Positions 54,753-54,779 of a DNA stretch of 54,779 bases are shown here, piece after piece. This DNA is from a virus (lineage: Duplodnaviria; Caudoviricetes): IMG/VR virus record IMGVR_UViG_3300046751_000253, positions 1 through 54,779 of that record; one strand, given 5' to 3'. A program made the position numbers and the translations under genes. Each line of letters opens with the position of its first letter. Position 1 is the stretch's first letter. The notes beneath the pieces are model-generated. The model searched no databases, was not told the DNA's origin, and saw only the letters and a list, made by a program, of their open reading frames with translations.

Positions 54753-54779
54753 AACTGGATAATATCTAATGAATACAAC
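54753..54779. repeat. 27-bp terminal direct repeat, copy of 1-27
   Basis: Exact match. Confidence 0.95.

Overview
The window is an apparently complete ~54.8 kb tailed dsDNA phage genome. Its first 27 bp recur at the end, consistent with a circular assembly. Gene content suggests a marine podovirus-like phage; the host is probably an alphaproteobacterium (inferred from GTTC-N7-GTTC boxes and gene content, not proven). Two arms diverge from a ~1.1 kb repeat-rich, mostly non-coding region spanning the junction. The + arm (572-35732) encodes TerL, portal, GroES, scaffold, capsid proteins, a cluster of very basic small proteins, adaptors, fibres, nozzle, internal/ejection proteins and lysis genes. 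The - arm (54180-35664) encodes a HhH-GPD glycosylase-like protein, many small early ORFs, MazG, T7-like primase-helicase, Pol A, SSB, exo/endonucleases, class II RNR, and a separately promoted operon: GT8-like glycosyltransferase, then a GT/methyltransferase/Maf-like fusion, then TerS. No RNA polymerase, integrase, tRNA or CRISPR was recognised, and host sigma70-type promoters punctuate both arms. Strongest leads: (1) a candidate virion glycosylation system paired with Ser/Thr-rich fibres; (2) a shared xxGG[ST][VI]-like motif in about 9 unrelated putative capsid-cargo proteins, including an ArfA-like peptide; (3) an unannotated 30-aa capsid N-terminus mimic; (4) LexA-type boxes at the RNR promoter and control region; (5) a 15-bp repeated gene-junction cassette in the early region. 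All family assignments are by-eye motif recognition; no database search was run.
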